DNA of 64,000 nucleotides from Nitrospirota bacterium (GTDB lineage Bacteria; Nitrospirota; UBA9217): NCBI GenBank assembly GCA_963741205.1, contig CAVUHW010000022.1, positions 96,001 to 160,000 of the forward strand, read 5' to 3'. Shown piece by piece: positions 63,381 to 64,000 of this stretch (position 1 is its first letter; each line of letters starts with the position of its first letter). The notes under the pieces were generated by a model. It saw only the letters and a program-made list of their open reading frames with translations, ran no database searches and was not told where the DNA came from. The position numbers and the translations under genes were made by a program.

Positions 63381-63983
63381 TCACCCTTGCGCTTTCTTGA
63401 AATGACAGTCAGCCATGTCCCTCACTTCTCGCAGCCAGGCCGCCCTCTTCATCTCCGTACTTGTGACCACGACGCCGAACGTTCTCCGGTGCACATTGGT
63501 TATGCCGCAGAGGCCGAAGATGCAGTTCTTCCAGATCGTCTCAAGCGGATCGCCGAAAACGGCCTGTTCACGCTCTTCGGTTGTATTCGACGTATTGAAC
63601 ACCAGCGCTGTTTTCGCCTTGAGCAGCCCGCACGGAACACCCTCGCCGCTGTCGCCTTCGAGAAACTCATAGGCCACGCCGGGCCTGATCACCCGGTCGA
63701 TCCAGCCTTTCAGCATCGCCGGCGGCTGGCCCCACCAGTTGGGGTGGATGATGACGATGCCGTCCGCCTGCGCGAGCTCGTCGCAGTGTTTTTTTACGCG
63801 CGGGTCAGTCTTGGCGTTTTTCGGGATTTCGGATGCCGGGAGGGCGGGATCGAAGTGTTCGGCATAAAGGTCGTGAAACCGGACGTGATGGCCGTTGTTC
63901 TTCAAAGTCGCGACAACGGTATCCGCTATGGCGTGATTAAAGCTTTCCTTGCTGGGATGACCGAGAATAACGGAAATGATCAT
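63381..63983 (-). CDS. Flavodoxin-fold NAD(P)H quinone oxidoreductase
   Basis: GHPSKESFN, DLY and PNWWGQPPAMLKGWIDRV motifs. Confidence 0.9.
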   Translation of the reverse strand: MIISVILGHPSKESFNHAIADTVVATLKNNGHHVRFHDLYAEHFDPALPASEIPKNAKTDPRVKKHCDELAQADGIVIIHPNWWGQPPAMLKGWIDRVIRPGVAYEFLEGDSGEGVPCGLLKAKTALVFNTSNTTEEREQAVFGDPLETIWKNCIFGLCGITNVHRRTFGVVVTSTEMKRAAWLREVRDMADCHFKKAQG

Positions 63984-64000
63984 GACCGCCTCCAACAGGT

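Overview
GC-rich anaerobic Gram-negative bacterial DNA. Gene content and the split atpBE arrangement suggest Nitrospirota or Desulfobacterota (inference). It carries many single-base indels typical of an unpolished long-read assembly, so many genes are split across frames and I rejoined them by eye; their ends are approximate. 4.3-26.8 kb is a Wood-Ljungdahl/C1 supercluster: cooC, 5-FCL, folE, a GltD-ferredoxin-MvhD fusion, metV, metF, panB, a ThyA-like gene, acsF, panG, acsE, acsD, acsC, acsB, a NuoEFG-type selenocysteine formate dehydrogenase and fhs. No acsA/cooS or folD is in the window. 27-37 kb and 48-64 kb are mostly housekeeping: gltX, pdxA, atpBE, tpx, cspA, M3 peptidase, tRNA-Asp/Val, acetate-CoA genes, ilvE, deoC and an ECF/redox cluster. 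The standout is a roughly 10 kb minus-strand operon (37.4-47.4 kb) behind a consensus sigma-54 promoter. It encodes two paralogous lipoproteins resembling the anthrax protective antigen/binary-toxin B pore-forming core, a secreted di-haem CcP/MauG protein with Ig-like repeats and a dockerin, a lipoprotein with a cohesin-like domain, and a further surface protein: a candidate undescribed cell-surface assembly. A second oddity is a GIY-YIG gene flanked by tRNA-Asp mimics whose arms are replaced by TCCCGA..TCGGGA palindromes.
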